Origin: Octopus sinensis
Lineage: Eukaryota
Direction: 5' to 3'
NCBI RefSeq assembly: GCF_006345805.1
Contig: NC_043003.1
Coordinates: 14,818,001-14,882,000 of the forward strand
Length of the DNA: 64,000 nt
The notes under the pieces are model-generated. The model made no database searches. It saw only the letters and a list, made by a program, of their open reading frames with translations, and had not been told where the DNA came from. The position numbers were made by a program, and so were the translations under genes. Shown here piece after piece: positions 1-13,603 of the stretch. The first letter of the stretch is position 1, and each line of letters starts with the position of its first letter.

Positions 1-372
1 CCATGAGTGTAGTGGGAGCCTTTTACATGCCACCGGCACGGAAGCCAGTCAAGGTGGTGCTGGCAATGGCTACGTTCGGATGGTGCTTTTTACGTGCCAC
101 CGGCACAGGAGCCAGGTGGGGCTGGCAACGGCCACAATCGGTTGGTGCTTTTTACATGCCACCGGCACGGAAGCCAGTCGAGGCAGCACTGGCAACGGCC
201 ACATTCGGATGGTGCTTTTTACGTGCCAGGCAAGGCTGGCAATAGCCACGATCGGTTGGTACCTTTTACATGCCACCGACACGGAAGCCAGTCGAGGCGG
301 CGCTGGCAACGGCCACATTCGGATGGTGCTTTTCTCTTGCCACCGGCACTGGTATCACAACTACAATTTCCA
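1..372 (-). repeat. RTE 3' UTR-type module array (six ~50-66-bp units), cut by the window edge
   Basis: TTTTACRTGCCACCGGCAC units match 29270-29420 in reverse orientation. Confidence 0.85.
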
Positions 373-1212
373 TTGATTTTTTGATCGATTTTGATTTCGA
401 TTTCGATGTCGTATGGAAAGAATAAAGGTTTTGTTTGTTAAAAATTGCAGCCTTTTCAAGTGTTCTTATTTTTGCCCAGATTTGATACTTGGATCAGACA
501 GCATATTGCATCCCTGTATCCTTGAGCAAGTTTCTTCATTTCCTGTTACTCCAATCTATTCAGTTGAAAATGTGAGCCAGTGAGTGCTGGTGCAACCAAT
601 TTTTCAAATAGGAAAAACAAAAAAAAAAATACTGAATAAAATGAAACAAAAAAAAAAGAAAAAGAACTGGCTGACAAGGGATGACGCCATGATGTTTTCC
701 TAGTTCATTAAAACAAACCAATACACGTATGCATGTGACTCTGTGTGTGTGTGTGTGTGTGTCTAATTGTGTAGGCCTATGTTTGTTTTTATGTATGCGT
801 GAGTTTCTGTGTATGCACACATGCACACGTGTGTGTGTACACAATGACAGATTTAAATATATCAGAGCAAATAAATAATTAATTAAATCAGAGAGTCAGG
901 ATAGTGACTGATCAAATATGAAAATGATATATATCAAATTTCATTCTTTTGCATACAAATAGAAATATATATACATATATACATACATACACACACGCAC
1001 ACATACATACATACATACATACATACATACATACATACATACATGTATGTATGTATGGATGTATGTATGGATGTATGTATGTATGTATGTATGTATGTAT
1101 ATATGTGTGTGTATTTATATATATACATATATATATATATACATATATATATATATTTATATATATGTATATATATATATATGTACATACATATATATAT
1201 ATATATATATAT

Positions 1213-1248
<36 letters not shown>

Positions 1249-2039
1249 ATATTATATTATATAATATATATATATATATATAATCTATATATATGTATAT
1301 ATACATACCTGATATACCATATAAGGTGTTTTGTCATATTTGATCTGTCTTTAGGCACAAAAATGTTTGGTAGTCTCGGATCTGATTAAATATTGTGTTC
1401 TTGTCTCCTGAAATATTACCTTTGAATTTATCATAGACTGACTTACCTACTTACTGTATTTTCTAGAAAGACGTACAAAACAATAGGTGCAGGTGTGGCT
1501 GTGGTAATAAGTTTGCTTCCTAAACACATGGTTTCTGGTTCAATCTCACTATGGGTTACCGTCTGCAGATGTGTTTTTCCTATGATAGCCTTGTACCAAC
1601 CAGAACATTGTGAGTAGATTTGGTGGAACAGAAACTGGGTGAAGCCTGCTGTCATCATCATCATCATCATTATTATTATCATTGTCATCATTATCATCAT
1701 TTTCATCATCACTAACATCCTCATCACCACCCTCATATCATCATTAGCAGCAGCAACAGCAGCAGCGACATCAATACCATCATTATCTATAACATCATCA
1801 TCATCAGTAGCAGCATCCTCCGCCTCTTCCTCCTCTTCTACTGCATCATTGTCATCATCATCATCATCATCAGCCTCATGATCATCATCATTGCTTTAAT
1901 GTCTACTTTTTCATGCTAGCATGGGTTAGACTGATTATGCAGTAAAAACAGAAAAGCAAGAATTTAAGTGAAAATGGGGAAGCCATCATTTGTAGAATTG
2001 ATAGAATAACAGGCAACAAACTAGAGGCTGGCTGTTCCA

Positions 2040-2470
2040 TATTCTTTTCTACTCTAGACACAAGGCCCGAAATTTTTGGAGAGTGGGGCCAGTCAATTAG
2101 ATCGACTTCAGTATGCAACTGGTACTTAATTTATAAACCCAGAAAGGATGAAAGGCAAAGTCGACCACGGTGGAATTTGAACTCAGAACGTAAAGACAGA
2201 TGAAATACTGCTAAGCATTTCGCCCGGCATGATAACATTTCTTATTTCTTTATTGCCCACAAGGGGCTAAACATAGAGGGGACAAACAAGGACAGACAAA
2301 GGGATTAAGTCGATTACATCGACCCCAGTGCGTAACTGGTACTTAATTTATCAACCCCAAAAGGATGAAAGGCAAAGTTGACCTTGGCGGAATTTGAACT
2401 CAGAACATAACGACAGATGAAATACTTGCTAAGCATTTCACCCGGCATGATAACGTTTCTTATTTCTTTA
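2040..2470 (-). mobile_element. SINE-B dimeric form
   Basis: Two GAGTTCAAATTCC..GTCGACTTTGCCTTTCATCC bodies joined by the CCCCTTGTGGGCAATAAAGAAAT linker. Confidence 0.75.
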
Positions 2471-2689
2471 TTGCTAAACATACTTGTTTCAGTCATTTGA
2501 CTGCGGCCAAGCTGGAGCACCACCTTTTAGTGACCCCAGGACTTATTCTTTGTAAGCCTGGTACTTAACTGTTGAGCTGTTAAGTTACGGGTATATAAAT
2601 ACACCAACACTAGTTGTCAAGCAATGGTGGTGGTGGGGGGGGGCAAACACAGACACAAAGACACATACACAGAAATATACACACACACG

Positions 2690-3115
2690 CACACACACAC
2701 ATACATCATGTATGGATATATGTATGCTATTAACATACACACACATATATCGCATATGGATATATGTATGCTATTCACACACACACACATCATATATGAT
2801 ATATGTATGCTATTAACACACACACACACACATACACTGTATATGGATACATGTATGCTATTAACACACACACACCATATATGGATATATGTATGCTATC
2901 AACACACACACACACACACACACACACACATCATATATGGATATATGCAAGCTATTAACACACACACATATATCATATATGGATATATGTATGCTATTAA
3001 CACCCACACACACACACACATACATCATATATGGATATATGTATGCTATAACCACACACACACATACATCATATATGGATATATGTACGCTATTAACACA
3101 CACACACACAGATAT
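2690..3115. repeat. Minisatellite of ~45-55-bp units with variable CA runs
   Basis: CATATATGGATATATGTATGCTATTAAC(AC)n occurs about nine times. Confidence 0.85.
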
Positions 3116-3750
3116 AGATATACGTCAGTTTGCTAAACATATTCTCTGCCATCAACATCTTCACCCCAATCACACAGTTTCCCTGACGAGCACAGACAAA
3201 ACAATTTGAAACCATATAAGACAAGCAAACTACAAAAACAAAAAAAAAAGAAGCTAAAGAAACAAATATTTAAATAAAAATAAACAAAAATGCAAACAAC
3301 ACAAGCAGTGAAGACAAAAACTAAAAAAAAAAGCATGGATTATTGTTCTTTGCCAAATTAAATCCCTTCTATCTGTAATATAGTCTGCAAAATGGATTAA
3401 TTTGCTCATTAGTTTGTTTGTTTGTTTGTTTTTTTGTCTATGATATTCTGTCACTAATTAAAAAGTATCTTGGCTAATGAAGCTGTTGCTTCAGGTTTTG
3501 TGGAATCTTTAAAAGGGTTGGCGTTATGGCTAATATGACTAATAAAACTGAAAACTGGCCATGGTGGTGACAATAATCCTGATGGTGGTTGTGGTGGTGG
3601 TGGTGGTGGTGGAGGTGGTAGTAGTTAGAGAGATGATGATGTTCTTTGTGATGATGATGACGATAATGATGATGTAAATGATGATGACGATGATGATGAT
3701 GGTGATGATGAGTATGAAGATGATGATGATGATGATGCCGATGTTGATGG

Positions 3751-3781
<31 letters not shown>

Positions 3782-4587
3782 AATGATGGTGATGGTGATG
3801 ATGATGATGAGGATGATGATGATGACAACGATGATGATGACGACAACGATGATGATGACGACAATAATGCCAACTTTGATGATGATGGTGATGATGACAC
3901 TGATGACAGCGATAATGATGATGGCAACAATGACGATGACGATGATGATGACAATAATAACAATGACAATAATAACAATGACAATAATAACAATGATGAT
4001 GATGATGGTGGTGGTGGTGGTGATGATAATGGTGATTATGATGGTGATGATGATGATGGTGATGATGATGATGGTGATGATGATGATGGTGATGATGACA
4101 GTGATGATGAAAATAACATGGTTAGTGAAAGCTGTTTGGTCTAACAACAACGAGGCTGACCCATTTGGGCTGACTCTTGTCTGATGAGATCATCGTGGTC
4201 AGAGTTTGAACTTGAACTTCTCCGGGTAGATGATGTGTTTTGGGCAAAATATAGACAAAGAAACGAGGCAAAGAGGGCTGTTTCTGAGTAAAGTGTGTTA
4301 AGGTAAAAAAAAAGAAGCAAGAAATGTGATTTAGTGCCATGTGTGTAATAAATGGAACATGGTGGAAAAGGTACGATCGGATGAGTCATGGAGAATCAGA
4401 TGGAGTCAAATGGATCTTGGAGTCATCTTGCTTGAAGGAGTCATCAAAGTTTTAATTCTTTTATCTTTTCTTCTTTCATTTGTTTCAGTCATTTGACTGA
4501 GGCCATGCTGGAGCACCACCTTTGTAAGCCTGGTACTTATTCTATTGGTCACGTTTGCTAAACCACTAAGTTATAGAAAAGAATATT

Positions 4588-4990
4588 GCAAGGCAGTGAG
4601 TTGGCAGAAACGTTAGCACGCCAGGCGAAATGCTTAGTGGTATTTCGTCTGTCTTTATGTTCCGAGTTCAAATTCCTCTGAGGTCGACTTTGCCTTTCAT
4701 CCTTTCGGGGTCAATTAAATAAGTATTAGTTACACACTTGGGTCGATATAATCGACTTAATCCATTTGTCTGTCCTTGTTTGTCCTCTCTTTGTTTAGCC
4801 CCTTGTGGGTCGTAAAGAAATAGGTACTTCATCTGTCTTTACGTTCTGAGTTCAAATTCCGCTGAGGTCGAATTTGCCTTTCATGCTTTCGGGGTTGATA
4901 AATTAAGTACGAGTTGCATACTGGGGTTGATGTAATCAACTGGCTCCCTCCCACAAAATTTTGTGCCTTGTGCCTAGAGTAGAAAAGAAT
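4588..4990 (+). mobile_element. SINE-B dimeric form
   Basis: Head, body, linker and a headless second body. Confidence 0.75.
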
Positions 4991-5845
4991 ATAATTGTAG
5001 TTATTCACATATTTACCAGCATGTTGTTTATGCTTGGTAAAATAAAGTGGATTGAATATATGCTAGGTTGCTTAGGGAGGGTCATGGACTTCCAGAGCTT
5101 TTTTTCTTACCCTACCTTTTCCACCCTGCTGTGGATGGGACATTGAGTTACCTAGAACTTCCTTTAAATTTCTTGAATGTTTTGGTATGTTTATGCAAGC
5201 ATCTTAAGGTCTGTTCAAGCCTGCTATTGAGTAATTTGTGTCTATATGTAAGTTTCCATATTCTATGTCGTTATAATTATTCACTGTATTGTGAATATGT
5301 TTCTTTTTGCATCTGATATTTAATAGTGATCTTCTTTAATAATGAACCTGTGTCCCTTAATCTGCTGCTTTTGTATACACATACCAAGAAGAAAACTTGT
5401 GGAACAGGTGTTATTTTAATGAAAGACATCTTGTAATCACCTGAAGAGACACATCCACACCAACAGATACTCCTAAAACAGTTGCTAAGTATCCCAGCCA
5501 TGAAAGATTGGTCGAAACAATTGTGGTGATCAATAAAAGATCAAGGATACATTAGCTAATGAAGTTACTTACAGGTAATGCTGGACTAATGGGAAGGTCG
5601 TTGTTAGAACACCTTTGCTTGTAGGTTTAGATTGTTGGTCAGGGCAGAAGTGCACCTGGGGTTCAGGTGAGGGTGGGGCAAACAGCATGAAGAAGTGAAA
5701 GAGAAAGAAGAAGAGGAGAACAGCAACAACAACAACAACAACAGATATCCAAAAGCAATGAAAATTATTGCCAATATAGAATTGAGAATAAGAGAACTCT
5801 GAGTTAGGTCTCCAATCACCAGGAATTTAAGTAGTAACAATAGCG

Positions 5846-6200
5846 AAGAAGAAGAAGAAGAAGAAGAAGAAGAAGAAGAAGAAGAAGAAGAAGAAGAAGA
5901 AGAAGAAGAAGAAGAAGAAGAAGAAGAAGAAGAGGGAAGAAAGAAGAAGAAGAGGAAGAAGAAAAAAGAAGGAGGAGGAGGAGGAGGAGAAGAAAAGAAG
6001 AAGAAAGAAGAAGTATAAAGAGAAGAGGAAGGAGGAGGAAGGAGGAGAAGAAGAAGAAGAAGAAGAAGGAAAGAAAAGAGAAGAAAGGGATGGATAACAG
6101 AGAAAAGAAGAAGTAGAAGAGAAAGAACAGGATGAGGAAGATGAAGATGAGGAGAAGGCAGAGGCGGGGGGAAAAGGACAAAGGAAAAAAGAAGGATGAG
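5846..6200. repeat. (GAA)n and purine-rich tract
   Basis: About 29 perfect GAA units followed by a degenerate GAA/GGA stretch. Confidence 0.9.
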
Positions 6201-7758
6201 AATGTGATGAAAGTGGAACAATAAGATAACGGTATTTAAAAAAAAAATAAACAAACAGATTTTAATATAAAGATATAAAAAAAAAGAAATACCAAGTTAT
6301 TGATTTATCCATGTCCTGGAACAAACACACACACACACAGACACACACACACACAGAGAAATTATAGTAAACAACAATAACAACAAGCTTATGAATGATA
6401 ATGACAATAACGAATATTAATCAACAAATAAAAATAATAAAATAACAAAAAAAAATTATGTAAAATAAAAATGAATAAAAACGAATAAATAAATAAATAA
6501 GTATGAAAACGAAGGAATGAAACAAAACCACTACCTCATCTGCGGATGTAGAGAACTATATTAAATTGAGCAGAACAAAGAATTGATATTCGGAGCTGTT
6601 AGATCAATTTTGGCAAGGTTACATTTCCATGGTAACTGATATTGATACGAACGCTTCCTAAATTCTATAGTTTTTTTTTCTTCCATAAATAGTAAACAAG
6701 GAAAAATAAAGTCAATCATATGAGTTGCACAGTGTTGGATGGTTGTGAGGCGATGTAACAGACCGCTTTCGTAGACACACACTCAGTAATATGCATATAT
6801 ATATATATATACACATATACACATACACACCTAAACACACGTATACATACATATGCACACACACAAGCACAAACACACACACATATATATATACATATAC
6901 ACATACACACAAACATATATATATGCATATACACACACCCAAATGCACACCCACAAACGCACACACACAAATGCACACACACAAACGCACACACACAAAT
7001 GCACACACACATTTACATACATAAACACATACACACACACTTCTATATGCATATACACATACTCACAAACACACACAAACACATATATACATACATATGC
7101 ATACATAAACACATACACACACATGTATATGTGTATACACACACACACAAACACACATACATACATACATATACATACATAAACACATACACACACCTGA
7201 ATATGCATATACACATACACAAACGCACAGACATATAAATACATATACATACATACACACATACACACACACATGTACATGCATATACACATCCACACAA
7301 ACACACATATGCATACATATACACACACACACATATACATGCATATACATACATATACACATACACACTCATACAAACATACATATTTACACACATACAA
7401 ACACATATGCATGCATATACACAAACACACACGTACAAACACACTTATACATACATATACACATACACACAAACACACATGCATGAACACACATATACAT
7501 ACATATACACAAACACACAGACAAACACACATATACTCAAATAGACAGATCAGTGTGTGTGTGTTCTTTTTTCAGTGTATAGGTATACATGTATGTGTGT
7601 ATGTATATAGACAGGAGTATGTTTGTATGTATGTATGTGTGTGTGTGTCTTTCGGTATGTGTGTTTGTTTTTCGTCACGTGTATGTACAAAGAAGTTTCA
7701 ATGTGCATATATTTGTGTAAGCGTTTGTGTCATGCGTGTGTGTGTGTGTGTGCCTCTA

Positions 7759-7796
<38 letters not shown>

Positions 7797-7816
7797 CATA
7801 TATATATGTATACATA

Positions 7817-7848
<32 letters not shown>

Positions 7849-8442
7849 CATCTATATATGTATATATATATATATATATATATACATATATATATAAATA
7901 TTTCTTTGTTTGAATGTGTCCCTGTATCCATATATACATATACATTCATGTATGCACATTTATATACAATCACATGCATTCATGCATACACACATACACA
8001 CATACACACACACACGTATGTATTTATATGTATATTTCTGCTGTAGTATGTAAATGTCTATACATTCTAATGTGTTTTTGTAAAGTATGTTTTTTTTCTT
8101 TTGTATTATTTTAATTTTTATGTTTCTTTATATTTTTGTGTATTTTTGTTGTCATGTTTATTTGTCTCTATTTCACGCCTCACTTGTTTCCTTAGACTCA
8201 ACCAATTGATGAGGTTTGTTAGGTCAACTTTTAGAAATCACTTCTATATTTAAAGCAAGACAATTCTACATTCTTTTACACAGGTGTAGCCATGGCTGTG
8301 TGGTAAGATGCTTGCTTCCCAACCACATGAGATCGGTTTCAGTCCCACTGCTTGGCACCTTGGGCAAGTACCTCCTACTATAGCCTCAGGCTGATCAAAA
8401 ACTTGTGAGTAGATTTGATGGACGTAAACAGAAAGATACTCA

Positions 8443-8480
<38 letters not shown>

Positions 8481-8483
<3 letters not shown>

Positions 8484-8770
8484 AGTGTGGCCGTCTGCCA
8501 GCCTTGTCTGGCACCTGTGTCGGTGGCACATAAAAAACACCATCCGAGCGTGGCCGTTTGCCAGCTTCGTCTGGCACCTGTGTCAGTGGCACATAAAATC
8601 ATCCACTACACTCTCGGAGTGGTTGGGGTTAGGAAGGGCATCCAGCTGTAGAAACACTGCCAGATCAGACTGGACTGGTGCAGCCTTCGGGCTCCCCAGA
8701 CCCCAGTTGAACCGTCCAACCCATGCTAGCATGGAAAGCGGACGTTAAATGATGATGATGATGATGATGA
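8481..8770 (+). repeat. RTE 3' tail copy
   Basis: Module repeats, GGAAGGGCATCCAGCTGTAGAAA and (GAT)n. Confidence 0.85.
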
Positions 8771-8774
8771 TATA

Positions 8775-9187
8775 TATATGCAAGAAGAAAATGGAGGGAA
8801 AATAACAGGAAAAATTGGTCGTTTGCGTTTCTGTTTACCACTTGTATTGGCAGACATCATCAGAATGCATAGTCATATGTAGAGGTATATATGTATATAT
8901 ATATGTATATATATATGTATATATATATGTATAGTATGTATATTATATATATATATAATATATATATAATATATATATACTACTGTATCCCTATGTCTTT
9001 CGCTCTTCTTACCTCTACCAATAACTATGCATTCTGATGATGTCTACCACTACAACTGGTAAACAGAAACAATCATAAATGTACTATTACTACCACTTTT
9101 CTTTATGAATTAATTAAATTAATGGCTTACTAGCGCAAACGACCAACTTCTTCCTGTTATATTTCCTCCATTTTCTTCTTGCATATA
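8775..9187. repeat. Fold-back inverted repeat around a TA tract
   Basis: 8775-8885 is the reverse complement of 9011-9187, except for ~60 nt absent from the left arm. Confidence 0.85.
9029..9082 (+). ncRNA. Minimal hammerhead, core boxes intact, helix III decayed
   Basis: GCAUU-CUGAUGA-UGUCUACCA(cuacaac)UGGUAAACA-GAAAC-AAUC-AUA-AAUGU. Confidence 0.65.
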
Positions 9188-9329
9188 ATTTAAACTATGG
9201 TTTACCTGCTGAATTACCTGCTACTGTATACCTTTTACCAAATACTGTACCTACGCAGGTAATCATCAGGAGCACCTTTGGTTTTAAACATCTCTAACTT
9301 ATACCTACATATATATATATATATATATA

Positions 9330-9708
9330 GATGCAGGAGTGGCTGTGTGGTAAGTAGTTTGCTTACCAACCACATGGTTGGTAAGGCCAAATGTCTTCTA
9401 CTATAGTCTCAGGCCAACCAAAGCCTTATAAGTGGATTTGGTTGAAGGAAACTGAAAGAAGCCCGTTTATGTGTGTGTGTGTGTGTGCATGTGTATGTTT
9501 GTGTATCTGTCTTTGTCCTCCCACCGTCGCTTGACAACTGATGTTGGTGTGCTTATGTCCCCCGTAACTTAGCAGTTCGGCAAAGGAGACTGATAGAATA
9601 AGTACTAGGTTTACAAAGTGTAAGTGCTGGAGTCAATTTGTTTGACTGTAGGTGGTGCTTCAGCATGGCCACAGTCAATTGACTGAAACAAATAAAAGAA
9701 TAAAAGAA
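9330..9708 (+). mobile_element. SINE-A (tRNA head, CORE-like body; octopus OR2-like), near full length
   Basis: GCAGGAGTGGCTGTGTGGTAAG head, internal microsatellite and ..ACTGAAACAAATAAAAGAATAAAAG tail. Confidence 0.8.
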
Positions 9709-9719
9709 TATATATATTT

Positions 9720-10168
9720 ATCATCATCATCATTATCATCATCATCATCATCATCATGATCCTCATTCAACATCCACGCTCCACACTGGCATGGGTTAGA
9801 CAGTTCAACTGGAGCTAATGAGTCAAAGAGCTGCACCAGGTTCCAGTCTGATTTAGTATAATTTCTACAGCTGGATGCCCTTCTTAACACCAACCACTCC
9901 AGGAGTGTAATGGGTGCTTTTGCATGCCACTGGCATGGATACCATTTATGTGACACCAGCAGCGACCACAACTACGATGCACAAGTGCCATTTACATGGC
10001 ACCAGCAGTGACCACAACAAGTTTCCATCTACCAAATCCACTCACAAGGCTTTAGTTGGACTGAGGCTATAGTAGAAGACACTAGCCCAAGGCGCCACAC
10101 CTTGGGACTGAACTCAGAACCATGTGGTTAGTAAGCAAGCCCATTACCACACAACCACTCCTGTGCCT
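9720..10168 (-). repeat. Chimeric SINE: tRNA/CORE-type head joined to an RTE 3' tail
   Basis: 10168-10021 matches the SINE-A head; 10020-9720 is modules plus RTE tail plus (GAT)n. Confidence 0.7.
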
Positions 10169-10202
10169 ATATAACATATAATATACATATATTATATATA
10201 TA

Positions 10203-10462
10203 TCATCATCATCATCATCATCATTTAGCGTCCGTTTTCCATGCTAGCATGGTTGGACAGTTGAACTGGGGTCTGGAAGCCAGAAGGCTGCATCAGGCCC
10301 AGTCTGATCTGGCAGTGTTTCTACGGCTGGATGCCCTTCCTAACGCCAACCACTCCATGACTGTAGTGGGTGCTTTTTACGTGCCACTTGCACAGGTGCC
10401 AGACAGAGCTGGCAAACGGCCACGAACGGATGGTGCTTTTACATGCCACCGGCACGGGGGCC
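10203..10462 (-). repeat. RTE 3' tail copy
   Basis: Same tail motif in reverse orientation. Confidence 0.85.
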
Positions 10463-10468
10463 ATATAC

Positions 10469-10519
<51 letters not shown>

Positions 10520-10624
10520 TTGATATATATAATATATATCTATATATATATACACACACGAACACATATAATATATAACACACATACATATATAATATTG
10601 CACAGATACACACACACACACACT

Positions 10625-10655
<31 letters not shown>

Positions 10656-11233
10656 TCACTCACATAAATATTGTAAAGATGCTTACTGACAAAGCAGTGT
10701 CATTAGCGTCTCATTATATTTTTAGTAATTCATATAACTAGCACCTCTGTTGAGAATTTTATTTTGTATCATTTTACGGATATCAGTTATGCATTGGCTT
10801 TTCATTTTTGGGGCCATGAGTATATCTTTATTTATATATATTTCTTCATTTATTCATTGGAAATATCTCTCTAAATATGAGCCTGAAAGTGTACAAAAAG
10901 AGCTTCTGTTCAACAGAAATTCTTTATCTCTTTGAATATGTGTGGCTTTACAAATATAGAAACGATGAGGAAATAGATCTACAGGGATACATATGTCTGC
11001 CTGTCTATCTGTCTATTTGTCCCTCTTTTTGCCTCTCTTGCTTTTTTTCCTTTTCAACACACACATACACGCACACGCACGCGCATGTGCATATGTGTCT
11101 GTGCAATCATGCACGGTTGTGTCTTTGTGTGTGCATGTAAAAATGTATAAATATAAATCATAAATATATATATATATATAAATATACATATACATATATA
11201 CATATAAATATGTATATCTCTATCGACATATAC

Positions 11234-11271
<38 letters not shown>

Positions 11272-11564
11272 ATATATATATATATATACACATATGTGTG
11301 TGTGTGTGTGTGTGTGTGCGCATATATATGTATATATGTGTGTGTGTGTGTGTATGTCAGTATATACAATCTAAAGCTGTATGTAATTAAAAAAAAATGC
11401 CCTATTTCGATCTATCTTTGTTATGTTCTTGTGTCGGTAGGAGAAAATAGAATTTTGTTTGAAAAGGAAAGGTAAAAAAATAAAATATATTAAACGAAAA
11501 CCTAAAAACAACTCAAAAATATCTCAAGTATACCAAAATGAGTATAACGAAGATTTCCTCTGTG

Positions 11565-11598
<34 letters not shown>

Positions 11599-11715
11599 CG
11601 TGTGCATGTATGTGTGTCTTTGTCTGTGTGTCTGTGAAAGAGCCATTGCCGGCAACGCTTCGAAGTCACAGGCACTCTGTTCCTCCATGTTTTAGTGTAA
11701 CTTTATATATATATC

Positions 11716-11755
<40 letters not shown>

Positions 11756-12461
11756 ATGTGTGTGTGTGTATGTGTGTGTGTGTATGTGTGTGTGTATGTA
11801 TATATGTATATATATGTGTATATATATATTATATATGTATATATGTATGTGTATATATATATAAATGCACATATACATATATATATACATACATACATAT
11901 ATATATATACATATACATATATATATATGTATATGTATATATATATATATGTATATGTGTATATATATATATATGTATATGTATATGTATATATATATAT
12001 ATATTGCATGTATATATATATATATAATATATATATATATTATATATATATATATATGTATATATATATGTATGTATACACACACACGCAAATATATTTA
12101 TATAAATATATATATACGTGTGTATGTATGTTGGTATCTATGTATATTTATATGCATATAGGTATGTATGCATATATATATATGTATGTATGTATTTATA
12201 TACATATGTATATGTATGTATGTATATGCAAAAGAAACTTTGTTGCTGCAATAATTTCTGTGTACCTTGCTATTGATAGCAAAGCACGGAGATATAAATA
12301 GTGAAAAGTATCTTTTATATTTTTCGTCTATTAAGTAAAAGTTTCTTTGCAAATTCTATTGTAAAATATTCATGTTCAGCCATTTCTGAATTATTGAGGG
12401 ACAATCTGGTGCATGATTTTATATCTTGTGTTTTACTCCCCTTTCATATAATCACACATAC

Positions 12462-12563
<102 letters not shown>

Positions 12564-12711
12564 CTATATGTATACATATATATAATGTATATATATATAT
12601 ACACACATATACATACATATATATATATATATTAATATATATATATAATATATATATATATATGTATGTAGTGTGTTATATATATATATAATATATATAT
12701 ATATATACATA

Positions 12712-12811
<100 letters not shown>

Positions 12812-12984
12812 TAATATAAATGGCTAGGTACAATATGATACCATGAAGGAAAAATTTTATCATCACTAATTCTGATTGAGGGTGCCAAGGCAAGAAATAA
12901 GAGCTAAAAAGTCTTAATGCTGTAAGAAGTACACAATATATATACACTGAGAGGGAAGGTAACCACCCTATGAGCATCTCAAGG

Positions 12985-13039
12985 ATCAGTAGACTAGGCT
13001 AGTCTCACCTGTCAGTTGTGGGCTCATCAGTAGTGACTA
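12985..13039 (-). ncRNA. Type I hammerhead-like motif with a one-base core lesion (GAGAC)
   Basis: GUCACUA-CUGAUGA-GCC(11 nt)GGU-GAGAC-UA(gcc)UA-GUC-UACUGAU. Confidence 0.55.
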
Positions 13040-13545
13040 CTCAAACGTTCAATGAAATATTGTTTGTTGATTTATTCTATAACAAAACAGGAATCTGGAA
13101 AATTTTCTGGTATTATTTATTCATCATTACATGTGTTTCATTTGCTAATAGGAGTTACACAATTGTAAGGTGTAGAATAAACATGTAAGAGATTTTCTAT
13201 TAGAAATTCTTCAAATAGAGAATCAAATATTTAATTTTCTCTTTCTGAAGGATTTCTTACATGTTTATCCAACATGCCTGATTTTGTGTTTCCTATTAGC
13301 AAATGAAGCATGTGTAATGGTGGATAAACATTTTCTAGATTTTATCTTTTGTTATATAATATTTATGCAAACAATATTTCTTGAATTTTCGACTAATATG
13401 TCTCTCACATCAATACAACAACAGCAACAACTACATCCTGGATTGTAATACAGGAATAAGCAGATGAGCTTCAGGAGGTGACAGTTCAGATTTTTTTCCT
13501 ACCTACATAATATATATATATATACATATATACATATATACATAT

Positions 13546-13596
<51 letters not shown>

Positions 13597-13603
13597 ATAT
13601 ATA

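Noticed and set aside
1-372. CRISPR-like regularly spaced repeats
   Set aside because: The spacers are themselves repeated, the units match the RTE 3' UTR, the context is eukaryotic and there are no cas genes.
480-579. Apparent exon with AG/GT sites and an open frame
   Set aside because: The sequence matches a decayed SINE core (CCTTGAGCAAG..CATTTC..CTCCA..TCAG).
3178-3222. CTGACGA...GAAAC hammerhead
   Set aside because: No helix I, II or III pairing.
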